Virus record (IMG/VR): IMGVR_UViG_3300027759_000045
Coordinates: 186,001-250,000 of that record
Strand: one strand, 5' to 3'
Length of the DNA stretch: 64,000 nucleotides
Shown one piece after another: positions 39,330 to 49,485 of the stretch (positions are counted from its first letter, which is position 1; every line of letters begins with the position of its first letter). Under the pieces are notes generated by a model. That model did not search any database, was not told the DNA's origin, and saw only the letters and a program-made list of their open reading frames with translations. The position numbers and the translations under genes were made by a program.

Positions 39330-40874
39330 ATGGCCTTAACCAAACCGCGTGCCGCGCAGATTTTTAATTTAGACTATAAACAAGCAACTCGCGTGGTCAC
39401 GGTATCAAATATCACATTGTCAGGTGGAGCACCTGCGGTGGTTGATGGTGTTACACTGGCAGAAGATAATCGCGTATTAGTAACTGCTCAAAGCACAGGA
39501 ACTCAAAACGGTTTATACATTGTATCAACTGTGGGTACTGGATCCAACGGCACCTGGGTCCGTACCAGTGACGGCAACGAAACTGGTGAAATCGAAGCCG
39601 GTATGATTGTGATGGTTACCGAAGGCACTGTCTATGCTGATACGCAGTGGAAACTGATCACAGATAATCCCATTGTTATTGGAACCACAGCATTAACTTT
39701 TACTCAAAACTACTCAGCAAATTCAATATCTGGCGGCACAAGTAATGTGGCAGTGTATTCCAACGCCAATGTTACAATAAGTAGTGCAGGCACAGCCAAT
39801 GTGCTGACAATATCAAGCACAGGTATTGTGGTAGCCGGCACAGTAAGTGCAACTGGCAACATCACAGGCAATTACATCCTAGGCAATGGTAGTCAATTGA
39901 GTGGTATTATCACCACAGTTAACGCAAATACACTTACCGGTACGACGTTATCATCTAATGTAGTAAATTCAAGTTTAACATCAGTTGGAACACTAGGATC
40001 ATTGAGTGTCACTGGTAATGTTGCCGCGGGCAATGTTAGCGGAACAAATATTACTGGTACATTGACCACAGCAAGCCAGCCTAATATCACAAGTGTTGGT
40101 ACACTTGGTAGTTTAAGTGTAAGTGGTAATATAACCGGAAGTCAATTTAACGGATCTGGTGCAGGCTTAACTTCGATCCCCGGTGCCAATGTGTCGGGCA
40201 CAGTGGCCAATGCCACTTATGCAGTATCGGCAGGAAGTGCAACAACATCAGGAACAGTAACAGGAAACGCACAAGCAAACATTACATCTGTAGGAACATT
40301 AACTTCTTTAAGTGTAAGTGGTAATACCACAAATGGTAACTTACTTACAAGTGGATTAATTTCTGCTACCGGCAATATTACCGGAAACTATATATTAGGC
40401 AATGGTAGCCAACTGAGTGGCATTATCACCACAGTTGACGCAAACACGCTCACTGGTACTACCCTAGCAGCCAATGTTGTAACGTCAAGTTTAACGTCAG
40501 TTGGTACATTGGGTAGTTTAAGTGTCACTGGCAACATTACTGGTGGTAATGTATCTGGAACAAATATTACTGGCACAGTGACCACAGCCGCACAACCTAA
40601 TATTACAAGCGTTGGCACACTTACTTCAGTTAGTGTGAGTGGGAATACTACCAGTGGCAACATCCTAACAGGTGGATTGATTTCTGCTACTGGCAACGTT
40701 GCCGGTAATTATTACATTGGTAACGGTAGTCAACTCACTGGGGTGATAGCAAGCAGTGGTGCTGGAAATCTTTGGGTAGTTGGTAGAATTGCAACATTTT
40801 ATGTACCAATTATAAGTGGTATTTTAAACATAGTTGGCCGCGCTGGTAACATCTCAGTAGCAATCAACTCATAA
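39330..40874 (+). CDS. Tail-fibre-like protein
   Basis: N-terminal RVLV..Q....NGLY domain also present in 33315; ITSVGTL and GNGSQL(S/T)G repeats. Confidence 0.8.
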   Translation: MALTKPRAAQIFNLDYKQATRVVTVSNITLSGGAPAVVDGVTLAEDNRVLVTAQSTGTQNGLYIVSTVGTGSNGTWVRTSDGNETGEIEAGMIVMVTEGTVYADTQWKLITDNPIVIGTTALTFTQNYSANSISGGTSNVAVYSNANVTISSAGTANVLTISSTGIVVAGTVSATGNITGNYILGNGSQLSGIITTVNANTLTGTTLSSNVVNSSLTSVGTLGSLSVTGNVAAGNVSGTNITGTLTTASQPNITSVGTLGSLSVSGNITGSQFNGSGAGLTSIPGANVSGTVANATYAVSAGSATTSGTVTGNAQANITSVGTLTSLSVSGNTTNGNLLTSGLISATGNITGNYILGNGSQLSGIITTVDANTLTGTTLAANVVTSSLTSVGTLGSLSVTGNITGGNVSGTNITGTVTTAAQPNITSVGTLTSVSVSGNTTSGNILTGGLISATGNVAGNYYIGNGSQLTGVIASSGAGNLWVVGRIATFYVPIISGILNIVGRAGNISVAINS

Positions 40875-40894
40875 ATACATAATAGGAACATATA

Positions 40895-42301
40895 ATGGCC
40901 AATCGTTTTCCGTTAATCGTTAACACAACAAGTGGAAATAGCGTTCAAGAACTTCCTTTGGGTGATTTTTTAGATCTAAGCAACAGTGGAATTTCCAATA
41001 GCGGTAATATCGCAGTAAGTGGAATAGTCAGTGCCACTGGCAACATTACCGGCGACTACATCTTGGGCAATGGTAGTCAACTGAGTGGAATTATCACCAG
41101 TGTGGCCAACATCAATTCAGGCACATCAAACGTCACTGTGGTGAGTTCGGGTGGCAATGTCACAGTTGGAGTAGGCGGAACTGGTAATGTGGCTGTGTTT
41201 GCAACTACAGGGGTGTTTGTGACAGGAGTTGTATCAGCCACTGGCAACATTACTGGGGGTAATCTAAGCGGCACTAATATTGTGGGCACAATAACCACAG
41301 CGGCTCAAACTAACATCACTTCAGTTGGTACACTTGGTTCATTAAGCGTCACTGGCAACGTTGCCGCTGGCAATGTATCTGGTACTAACTTAACTGGCAC
41401 ATTGACAACAGCCGCACAAACCAACATCACATCAGTTGGTACACTGAGCAGTTTAAGTGTCACTGGCAACATTACTAGTGGCAATATCAGTGCTACTAAC
41501 CACACAGGTACCACAGTAAGCGTCACTGGAACCGTTACTGCAGGTACATTTAGTGGTGCTGGTACTAGTCTAACTGGAACAGCATCAAGTTTAACAGTAG
41601 GCACAGCAACCGTTGCTGGAACAGTAACAACCGCGGCACAACCAAACATTACATCAGTTGGCACACTAACTTCGTTAAATTCTGGTGCAATCAGTTCAAG
41701 TGGAACTGTAACTGCTGCCAATCTTAATACTGGTGGAGCGGTTTCTGCAACTGGCGCTATTACTGGCGCCGCAATTACTGGTAGCAGTTTAACAGTGTCA
41801 ACTGGTAACGTTAGTGCTGGCAATATTGTTAATAATAATGCTAACGGCGTTGGTAATATTGGCAGTTCAACTACGTACTTTAATACTGTTTTTGCCAAGG
41901 CCACCTCAGCACAATACGCTGACTTGGCAGAAAATTATGAAGCAGATGCTGACTACACACCTGGTACTGTGGTTGTGTTTGGCGGCAACAAAGAAATCAC
42001 AATTACCAATAACAGTCACAACACTGCTGTAGCAGGCGTTATATCCACAAATCCAAGTTACCTAATGAATGCTGGACAGTCAGGAGAATGGGTATTGCCT
42101 GTGGCATTGACTGGGCGTGTTCCTTGTCGAGTACAAGGGCCTGTAAACAAAGGAACTGTGTTGGTCACTGGCAGCACACCCGGTACTGCCATTGCATTGG
42201 ATGCATCAAAGTTTGAACCTGGTTGTGTGGTTGGCAAGTCATTGGAAATAATTAACTCCACCGATGTGTTAACCATTGAAATAGCAGTTGGTCGTTTATG
42301 A
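40895..42301 (+). CDS. Tail-fibre-like protein with C-terminal chaperone-like domain
   Basis: ITSVGTL repeats; C-terminal GVGNIGS.TTYFNT.FAKATSAQYADLAE.Y nearly identical to that of 33315. Confidence 0.82.
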   Translation: MANRFPLIVNTTSGNSVQELPLGDFLDLSNSGISNSGNIAVSGIVSATGNITGDYILGNGSQLSGIITSVANINSGTSNVTVVSSGGNVTVGVGGTGNVAVFATTGVFVTGVVSATGNITGGNLSGTNIVGTITTAAQTNITSVGTLGSLSVTGNVAAGNVSGTNLTGTLTTAAQTNITSVGTLSSLSVTGNITSGNISATNHTGTTVSVTGTVTAGTFSGAGTSLTGTASSLTVGTATVAGTVTTAAQPNITSVGTLTSLNSGAISSSGTVTAANLNTGGAVSATGAITGAAITGSSLTVSTGNVSAGNIVNNNANGVGNIGSSTTYFNTVFAKATSAQYADLAENYEADADYTPGTVVVFGGNKEITITNNSHNTAVAGVISTNPSYLMNAGQSGEWVLPVALTGRVPCRVQGPVNKGTVLVTGSTPGTAIALDASKFEPGCVVGKSLEIINSTDVLTIEIAVGRL

Positions 42302-42963
42302 TACAAGAACGATATAGAGCAGACTATGAAGGCGAATTTGTAATTACAGAAAGTCGATGGTCAGGCGGCAAAAAGACACAAAACAGAGAATGGGTAGCCA
42401 ACCCAATTGATAATCAACACATCAGTGGCCGTGCAGCCTGTATTGGCAGCAATGTACACAGAGATCTATTTGACTACACCAGACTACAACGCCATAAAGG
42501 TGGCTTGCTCAGTTCAAAAAAGTTACAGACATACGGAACAGGCACAATTGCCAAGGAAATGCGCTTGAATTTTGCAGTTGACATTGACAAGAATATTCTC
42601 AAAGAACTTGTTGAATCTGGATATGTCACTGATAACATTGTGTATGCCACCACAAGAACCTGTTTGATGCATCCAGGCGATTTTTATCTAATACCTTACA
42701 ACACACTCATGGCCTTAGAAGCTCTGGTGTTATGGATGGCAGCATTTGACGGCCACAAAGAAATTTATGCACTGGGGTACAGCAATGACACAGTTGGCAC
42801 TGTGAGTGAATGGTCTGCGCATGTGAACGGAGTGCTAACAGCATATCCATCAACTCGGTTTACATTTGTTGGTGAAGAGTCTAATGTGCCCAAAGAGTGG
42901 CGTATGAACGCCAATGTCGCCTGCATGGACGTTCGTCCATTTATAAGTCACTGCGATATCTGA
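42298..42963 (+). CDS. Divergent paralog of 26050 (DUF115/Maf-like)
   Basis: AACIGS, QTYG, AAFDGHKEIYALGY, W...V..V...YP...F..V. Confidence 0.5.
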   Translation: MIQERYRADYEGEFVITESRWSGGKKTQNREWVANPIDNQHISGRAACIGSNVHRDLFDYTRLQRHKGGLLSSKKLQTYGTGTIAKEMRLNFAVDIDKNILKELVESGYVTDNIVYATTRTCLMHPGDFYLIPYNTLMALEALVLWMAAFDGHKEIYALGYSNDTVGTVSEWSAHVNGVLTAYPSTRFTFVGEESNVPKEWRMNANVACMDVRPFISHCDI

Positions 42964-43388
42964 ACACTGTGTTCCACAGTGGCCATTTTGTCACGCACAG
43001 CATCAAAGTTCACAGTTGACCATAGTCCAGGGTGCATGGGTCTTGGCCATGTTCCGGATGCAATCCAGGCCCAGCCAATGTGTTCATCATTCAGCACCGG
43101 CACAAACTCCCGAGCAACACTGCAAAAAAATGTGTGATAAGCAAATCCGCCGTCGGCACTGGTGAACTTTTCTATAGGAACCAAGCGTAGGTACTCGGGC
43201 ATATGGCCCAGTTCTTCTGTACACTCGCGTGTCATTGCTTCAATCAGTGTCTCATTGGCTTCAAATTTACCACCAGGCAGTCCCCAGGAGTCTGGATGAC
43301 GTGAGTCGTTGCGCAACAGATACAGATATCGTTGTGTGCTCACACTGTAGAACCAAACGCCCACGGCTGTTACAGTACTATTCTCCAT
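42948..43388 (-). CDS. Nudix hydrolase
   Basis: Nudix box GGKFEANETLIEAMTRECTEELG; start at MENST (43388). Confidence 0.9.
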   Translation of the reverse strand: MENSTVTAVGVWFYSVSTQRYLYLLRNDSRHPDSWGLPGGKFEANETLIEAMTRECTEELGHMPEYLRLVPIEKFTSADGGFAYHTFFCSVAREFVPVLNDEHIGWAWIASGTWPRPMHPGLWSTVNFDAVRDKMATVEHSVQISQ

Positions 43389-44782
43389 TGTCCTCCGGGG
43401 TATAGTCCTTGGTAGCTCTTGACCCATGTTGTGCCTGTCCATTTGTATTGAATTCCAGTTGTTATGTTAGTTACGTATTGTAAATTGTCAGGACTGGACG
43501 TATTTTCAAACACCACTTGCCAACGTTGATCAAAGTATTCAATAATATCGTTTCGTCGGGCAATCAACGGTTGTCCCAACACGCCCTGCCAGGCCACAGC
43601 GTAGCCATTGTCGCTGCCAGTGTCTTCAGTTAACAAATAACGCTGACCATCTGCAGGTGCCGGCAAGCCTTCGTTTGGTCCACTGCGCAACGGATCAATA
43701 ACAGAACGTACCGGAGATAGTGTGTTTTGCGGAACTGTGTCCTCATCTATATTATACAACATAAACCGGTCATCTGAGGGGTCATACGACACTGTTCCGG
43801 CAACTTCGGTGCCATCAGGTTGCTCTAAAAAGATCTGACTGATTCCTGGCCGTATCACTCCGTAAGCACCGACCAAGGCTGGCCATAACAAGTTGCTAGG
43901 TGGTGAATCTGGCGGAGTCAAACTGGTATTAGGCTCGTCAATCACAGCATTGTAACGCAGAGCCTGCAACTTGTTGCCAATCAACAGGGCCTGATAATCC
44001 CATGGTGTGATTATTCTACGTGTGCCTAACAGCAGGTCGTTGTCCAACACAGCGTTTGACGCATCACCATTGGCGTCAAATATGTTGGCAATAATACGCT
44101 CAACCACACCCAGTTTCTTGACCTTGGCTGGGCTACTGATCCAAATTGGCAGGGTAAATGTCATTGTACAAATGTCAATGGGATCTTCTGTGCCAACTGG
44201 AACACTTCGACTAGTCCATTGTGTTGATTCCAGTTCCACAATGCTTAAACTGGTCCAGTCAAGATAGTTGTCTGTGCTTTGAATTTCCAAAGCAGGATTA
44301 AACAACACCACAATCTGTTCTAACAACTGCATTTTTTGATTGGTGTTGCTGGTCCACAGGTCTAGTTTTAGTGTTAGTTTGTATGGCACCGGCATCAATC
44401 GTTCGATAGTAAACGCATTACCCTGTGTGGTTTCGTAAGTGTCAGTGACATCATCGTAGGTGCGTTGACGCACAGCAATGTTGCTCACATAGTATGGCTC
44501 TTGCATACGTGGACGATCATAATCAAATCCTGAAATATAAAAACTCATCATTGGAACAGAAGTCATAAAACTGGCAGAGTTGTTCTGCATGATGGTTTGT
44601 ACTTGTCTGCTAGAATCTCCGTAACGGATGGGCACACGTACCAGTGTGTGTGCTGTACCTTCTTCGTTGCGTCCGTATTCTACTTGAAAGTTTGAAAAGA
44701 TTCTTGTGAACTGTAGCAGGAAACGACGGATTTGTTCGTCGTAAAAAAACATTGGGTTTGCGGCTGAGTTTACTGTTGTCAT
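43370..44782 (-). CDS. gp15: Tail terminator/sheath stabiliser with C-terminal extension
   Basis: FFYDEQIRR...F...VPIRYG...P.MSF...YD..R...PVPY.L...L..W......QLLEQI..LFNP. Confidence 0.8.
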   Translation of the reverse strand: MTTVNSAANPMFFYDEQIRRFLLQFTRIFSNFQVEYGRNEEGTAHTLVRVPIRYGDSSRQVQTIMQNNSASFMTSVPMMSFYISGFDYDRPRMQEPYYVSNIAVRQRTYDDVTDTYETTQGNAFTIERLMPVPYKLTLKLDLWTSNTNQKMQLLEQIVVLFNPALEIQSTDNYLDWTSLSIVELESTQWTSRSVPVGTEDPIDICTMTFTLPIWISSPAKVKKLGVVERIIANIFDANGDASNAVLDNDLLLGTRRIITPWDYQALLIGNKLQALRYNAVIDEPNTSLTPPDSPPSNLLWPALVGAYGVIRPGISQIFLEQPDGTEVAGTVSYDPSDDRFMLYNIDEDTVPQNTLSPVRSVIDPLRSGPNEGLPAPADGQRYLLTEDTGSDNGYAVAWQGVLGQPLIARRNDIIEYFDQRWQVVFENTSSPDNLQYVTNITTGIQYKWTGTTWVKSYQGLYPGGQWRIVL

Positions 44783-44788
44783 TGTTGT

Positions 44789-46093
44789 TTAACCACCGTT
44801 GTCTGCATTGGGCTTGAGTATCTCACTGAGACTCTGACGACTTGGGATAGCGCCACGGTCAGTGGTCTGCACTGTGTTTCTGTTGTTGACAAAACTGGCT
44901 CGCTGTGACGCTGCCGGCCCTTCAGACTCAAACACCGGTTTAATACGCACACTGTCTTCAATCTTGATCCACCTTGCACCATCGTAACGGAACAAGCGAT
45001 TTGGAAAGTAATCCAGTCGTAGTGCATAGTTGCCAACTGCTGGCGTTGCTGGAAAACTAACACCTGCAGTCACAGGCAATCCGTTTGGAGCAATGCCATC
45101 TCCGGTCAAGTAGCCAATTGTGTAGCCGTCTGATCGAGGAGTAGTGCCTTCGCCGCCTTGGGTACCATCCACAGTGGGTGGTGTTTCATCTGCAGTTAGG
45201 CCACTCTGTGCAGGCTGTCCATCCACAGTAGTGGGTAAAATATAAAACTTCACAGTGTCGTATCCGGTCAGTGGAACTTCAACATCGGCTTGTACTAAAA
45301 TTGCATCGTTCAACTCTAGATCTTTTGTGCGAGTAGACGTTTTTTCTGCAATGGTGTCTGGAGTCTTTTCTGCCCAGTAAGTGGTATTGGTTATGTCTGT
45401 GCCTGGCGGAACATTGCCAACAGCAGTGTAGTACTTGTCGCCGTTGTTCACAACAGTACCGGCTGGATAATAGTTGCCTGGATCCCAGATGTTGTTGGGT
45501 TCAAATGCCTGTTTGGTGATGCTGTTGTATTCTTGAGCATTGACCATTGGGGTGGCTTTGACCCGCCACAGGTGTGGCAACCAAGTTTGACTAAATCCTT
45601 CTGAAGCAAAAGATGCATCTTGAATCACATACCAGCGAGGCAATGCTTTGGCTAGGCTCTTGTCCAAGGGATGATAATCTTTTAGGTTGGGAATTTCTAT
45701 CACATCACCTGACATGAGTTTACGCCCAATGGTGTCAATCATGTCATTGTAATGGAACGTAATAAACAGGGTGTCGTTGTTTAAGAACAGACCAAATTGG
45801 GTAAGATCAAAGTCAACGTCGGCCACACGGTACACACCACGTTGTATATACACGTCGGGATCGTACTGTCGATCACGGTTTTCCAGCAACAACAAATCTT
45901 CAATGAATAACGGATTTGAAGTGTCGTAAACAGGTAAGGTAGCATCTGCGTCACCGGGGTCTCCGGTTGACGGACCCATGTACTTGTGGATATAAATGTC
46001 CAATCCGCCAACAGTGTACATTTCTGCAATGGTTCTATCCAGAAACTTGTAGTCAGAGGTGCGATTAGGGCGATAGAGTGACAATCTTGGCAT
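44789..46093 (-). CDS. gp14: Neck protein (gp14-like) with insertions
   Basis: E...GG.DIYIHKY, DLLLLENRDR.Y, LTQFGLFL, GDVIEIP. Confidence 0.7.
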   Translation of the reverse strand: MPRLSLYRPNRTSDYKFLDRTIAEMYTVGGLDIYIHKYMGPSTGDPGDADATLPVYDTSNPLFIEDLLLLENRDRQYDPDVYIQRGVYRVADVDFDLTQFGLFLNNDTLFITFHYNDMIDTIGRKLMSGDVIEIPNLKDYHPLDKSLAKALPRWYVIQDASFASEGFSQTWLPHLWRVKATPMVNAQEYNSITKQAFEPNNIWDPGNYYPAGTVVNNGDKYYTAVGNVPPGTDITNTTYWAEKTPDTIAEKTSTRTKDLELNDAILVQADVEVPLTGYDTVKFYILPTTVDGQPAQSGLTADETPPTVDGTQGGEGTTPRSDGYTIGYLTGDGIAPNGLPVTAGVSFPATPAVGNYALRLDYFPNRLFRYDGARWIKIEDSVRIKPVFESEGPAASQRASFVNNRNTVQTTDRGAIPSRQSLSEILKPNADNGG

Positions 46094-46163
46094 ACGTTAT
46101 TTATGGTGGCTGAACTATCCCAATCTGCAACACTGTGTTCTAAAAACAACACTTTAGAAAAGA

Positions 46164-46192
46164 TTGACACTTAAATGTATCTTTGCTATAAT
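46164..46192 (+). promoter_or_regulatory. Consensus sigma70 (early) promoter
   Basis: TTGACA, 17 nt, TATAAT with extended TG; AGGAG SD downstream. Confidence 0.88.
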
Positions 46193-46220
46193 ACACACTT
46201 AACCACTCCAGGAGTATGTT

Positions 46221-46508
46221 ATGAAAGCTGTTAACTTTTTAGCAAAGTACACAGGCCCAAAAGGCAAACCTTTTTATTCTTCCTATTACAAAGTAAAAGC
46301 TACGGAAAAATGGGTAGAGTACGCATTGGACATTGTGGACATGAGCCGTATAATAATGACAGTGGACTTTGACACTAAATGGAAACTGGTAGAGGCACTG
46401 GAAACAGCAGAACGTAAAAAAGCCTGGATGTACAAGCACAAGAATTTTGACGTTGCTCGTGCCGCTAAACTTTTTGACGCTGTAAAACACTTGCCCAGAA
46501 CTAAGTAA
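46221..46508 (+). CDS. Early hypothetical protein
   Basis: 95 aa basic ORF behind the consensus promoter and SD. Confidence 0.75.
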   Translation: MKAVNFLAKYTGPKGKPFYSSYYKVKATEKWVEYALDIVDMSRIIMTVDFDTKWKLVEALETAERKKAWMYKHKNFDVARAAKLFDAVKHLPRTK

Positions 46509-46516
46509 GGAATATT

Positions 46517-47653
46517 ATGATCGCAACTAAACCCGTTAAACCCTTAAACCCACGCAGTGCAGATACCAATGCCATGGGCATGGAGCCAACTTGGAAAACA
46601 CAGCCCACCGAAGGTCGCATCAGTGCTCTTAGTCATGCATTCAGTTGGTACAATTACTTTTACGGCAAAAAAGACGCACGTGAAATGATTGTGAACTATC
46701 TGGAAACACATGGCCGTAAAAACGATGTACGTACTCTTAAACGCATTCCGGACAGTTCAATCAGACTCACCACAGGCTGGCTGTGTCGCATGAGCCAGGT
46801 AGGACTAGAGCTTACCGAGCATGAGCAGATCAAACTGGATAACTTGCTAAAAGATATCTTAGAATCCAGTCAAGATGCTGTGGCAGAAGAAGCCACAGTG
46901 GATGATTCTGTGCCACGAATTACAATCCAGGACCGACTGCGAGAGAAGGTGTCAGAGTGTGCAGGTGAATTGGACGGATTGTTTGACGACTTTATCGAAG
47001 AAGGCGCCAAACTCACAGCAGACTACAAACCTGTGGTGCTGATGCGTTCAATGAATGTTGCTCCACAAATGGTCAATGACATTAAACAAATTTGGACACG
47101 CAAGTTAGAGGAATTTGATGCCGCAGTGGCAGGCAAGGATGCGGACCTGGTGCAGGGCTACAGTTTCTTGAGCAAGGTGCAGTTACGGAATTGCGTAAAG
47201 TTCTGTGAGCTGGTAATTTCGGACTGTGGTGCCTACGTGCAGATTAAAAAGGTTGAACGCAAGCCACGCAAAGTTCGAGCAGTGCCACCTGAGAAACGTG
47301 CGGCAAAGTTCAAGCATGTGATGGAATTTGCCGAACTCAAACTCAAGGGTTTACCTGCCGCAAGTCTAGTAGACAAAGCAGAAGCCTGGTTGTATGACAC
47401 TAAGAAACGCAAGCTGATCCATCTTGTGGCAGACAGCTATACACAGGCATTCACTGTGAAGTCAAACTCCGTGATTGGATTCAGCACAGTAGAAAGCCTG
47501 CAAAAGACTGTGCGCAAGCCTGCAGATGTTCTTAAGGCCCTGGGAGCCGCAGGCAAGCCCGCTGCCAGGAAGATCTACAAGGACTTGACCACTACAGAAA
47601 CTGCGTTTAACGGACGTGGCACAGAGAACTTGATCATACTCAAGAGCTGGTAA
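46517..47653 (+). CDS. Conserved T4-like phage hypothetical protein
   Basis: AFSWYNY, IQDRL, AW.YDTKKRKL, SLQKTVRKP, NGR.TEN.IILK; motifs I recall from T4-like phage proteins. Confidence 0.7.
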   Translation: MIATKPVKPLNPRSADTNAMGMEPTWKTQPTEGRISALSHAFSWYNYFYGKKDAREMIVNYLETHGRKNDVRTLKRIPDSSIRLTTGWLCRMSQVGLELTEHEQIKLDNLLKDILESSQDAVAEEATVDDSVPRITIQDRLREKVSECAGELDGLFDDFIEEGAKLTADYKPVVLMRSMNVAPQMVNDIKQIWTRKLEEFDAAVAGKDADLVQGYSFLSKVQLRNCVKFCELVISDCGAYVQIKKVERKPRKVRAVPPEKRAAKFKHVMEFAELKLKGLPAASLVDKAEAWLYDTKKRKLIHLVADSYTQAFTVKSNSVIGFSTVESLQKTVRKPADVLKALGAAGKPAARKIYKDLTTTETAFNGRGTENLIILKSW

Positions 47654-47660
47654 GTAATGG

Positions 47661-48683
47661 ATGCGATATCCTACACGTTTTCCAGACGAGCACCCAGATG
47701 ATCCAAGAATATACATTCCAAACATTGAGTTTTACATAACCAATGTTTGCAATTTAACTTGTCCACAATGCAATAGATTCAATGACTACGACTTCAAAGG
47801 TTGGCAACGCTGGAGTGACTATGAATCTCAGTACACTGAATGGGCCACAAAAGTCCGACTGCAACGAGTAACCATATTAGGTGGTGAGCCACTGTTAAAT
47901 CCAACCATATGCGACTGGATCATTGGACTCAATCGCTTGTGGGGTAAAAAAGTAAATGTACTAACCAACGGAACTCGCCTGAACCATGTGCCTGGCCTGT
48001 ACGAAGCACTGTTAAACTACCGAGAAGAAGATGGTAACTGGATAGGTGTCAGTGTGCATAACATCAATGATTTACCACAGTACTTTGAAGAGATACGCAA
48101 GTTTCTCAGAGGCGACATAACATATTATGAAGGCAAAGAGGCACTCAAGTCCGATGGCACCAGAGCAACCTGGGGTGCAGACTATGCGTTTGTTGACAGC
48201 AACGGTGTGCATGTACATGTTTGGGTGTATACCGAGTTTAGTAAATCAGCCATAGTGACCAATGATCAAGGACAGCTCACACTGCATCAAAGTGACCCCA
48301 TTGTGGCACACGAAAACTGTGGTTTTCAAAAGTTTCAAAGTTATCATTTTATCTGGGCCAAGTTATACAAATGTGGTCCTGCCGGACTGTTGCCAGAATT
48401 TGATAAGCAATATCCTCTTGATCTGTCCGAGCACGACCGTTTCTTGCTGAGTGGATTACGCAGATACAAACCACTTACAATTGAGGAGTTTGACACCCGG
48501 GGTCAACAATTCATTGATAGAATTGATGATCCCGTTGAACAGTGCAAGTTTTGTCCAGAAAATGTAGATGCATATACCATAGTGTCGTTTAACAAAGCAA
48601 AGAATTCAACTAGTACATTTAACATTAAAGCAGATTCGATTAAGACCATAAATATAAACAACGGAGTTTATGATGGCAATTGA
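47661..48683 (+). CDS. Radical SAM protein
   Basis: TNVCNLTCPQC, ILGGEPLLNP, LTNG; C-terminal C..LYKC...CKFCP. Confidence 0.88.
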   Translation: MRYPTRFPDEHPDDPRIYIPNIEFYITNVCNLTCPQCNRFNDYDFKGWQRWSDYESQYTEWATKVRLQRVTILGGEPLLNPTICDWIIGLNRLWGKKVNVLTNGTRLNHVPGLYEALLNYREEDGNWIGVSVHNINDLPQYFEEIRKFLRGDITYYEGKEALKSDGTRATWGADYAFVDSNGVHVHVWVYTEFSKSAIVTNDQGQLTLHQSDPIVAHENCGFQKFQSYHFIWAKLYKCGPAGLLPEFDKQYPLDLSEHDRFLLSGLRRYKPLTIEEFDTRGQQFIDRIDDPVEQCKFCPENVDAYTIVSFNKAKNSTSTFNIKADSIKTININNGVYDGN

Positions 48684-49443
48684 AGAACAATCAAGTCTTG
48701 ACACACTGAAACAAAATCTCATTGAATATGTGCAGTTACAACTGGCTTCACAGATCATTGACCTTGAACTGGATGCAGAGCATTACGAAGCTGCATACCA
48801 AAAAACAATAGGTGTGTATCGCCAACGTGCTCAGGGTGCGTATGAAGAAAGCTATACCTTTATGGAGTTGGTCAAAGATGTGAACATCTACACCTTGCCC
48901 CAAGAAACCATACAGGTTCGACAGATTTTCCGTAGAACGTTTGGCGATTCGGCTGGTCCGTTTTCGTCAAATTTTGATCCGTTCTCACAAGCCAGTGTCA
49001 ACGTTTATCTAATGAACTTCAACGTGGCAGGCGGCCTGGCCACTTACGACTTCTACAGCCAATATGTTGAACTGGCCGCACGTATGTTTGGCGGCTACAT
49101 GAACTTTACCTGGAATCCAGTTACCAAGAAATTACAGATTATCCGTGACCCAAAAGGCACTGGCGAGAATGTGCTACTTTGGACCTACAATTTAAAACCC
49201 GAGTTTAACTTGCTGAGTGACTTTCAAATCTCACAATGGATTCGTGACTACATGGTGGCCAACTGCAAAATGATCATTGGTGAAGCACGTGAGAAATTTG
49301 GCACCATTGCTGGTCCACAAGGCGGCGGAACCTTAAACGGTGCCGCAATGAAAAGCGAAGCCACAGCGCAGATGGAAGCACTGCTGTTAGATCTTAAAAA
49401 CTATGTGGATGGCTCGCAACCGTTGAGCTGGGTAATCGGTTAA
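48670..49443 (+). CDS. gp13: Neck protein (head-tail adaptor)
   Basis: YV.LQL...IDLELD, WIRDY..A..K..IGEAR.KF....GPQGG.TLNG. Confidence 0.85.
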   Translation: MMAIEEQSSLDTLKQNLIEYVQLQLASQIIDLELDAEHYEAAYQKTIGVYRQRAQGAYEESYTFMELVKDVNIYTLPQETIQVRQIFRRTFGDSAGPFSSNFDPFSQASVNVYLMNFNVAGGLATYDFYSQYVELAARMFGGYMNFTWNPVTKKLQIIRDPKGTGENVLLWTYNLKPEFNLLSDFQISQWIRDYMVANCKMIIGEAREKFGTIAGPQGGGTLNGAAMKSEATAQMEALLLDLKNYVDGSQPLSWVIG

Positions 49444-49451
49444 CCTGCCTG

Positions 49452-49480
49452 TTGCGCATTACACTGTTGTGTGTTATAAT
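49452..49480 (+). promoter_or_regulatory. Sigma70-like promoter, leaderless arrangement
   Basis: TTGCGC, 17 nt, TATAAT; ATG 5 nt downstream at 49486. Confidence 0.6.
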
Positions 49481-49485
49481 AACAC

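Noticed and set aside
33315-42301. Diversity-generating retroelement or invertible fibre cassette
   Set aside because: No reverse transcriptase or recombinase in the window. The similar C-terminal regions differ at many positions, not only at adenines.
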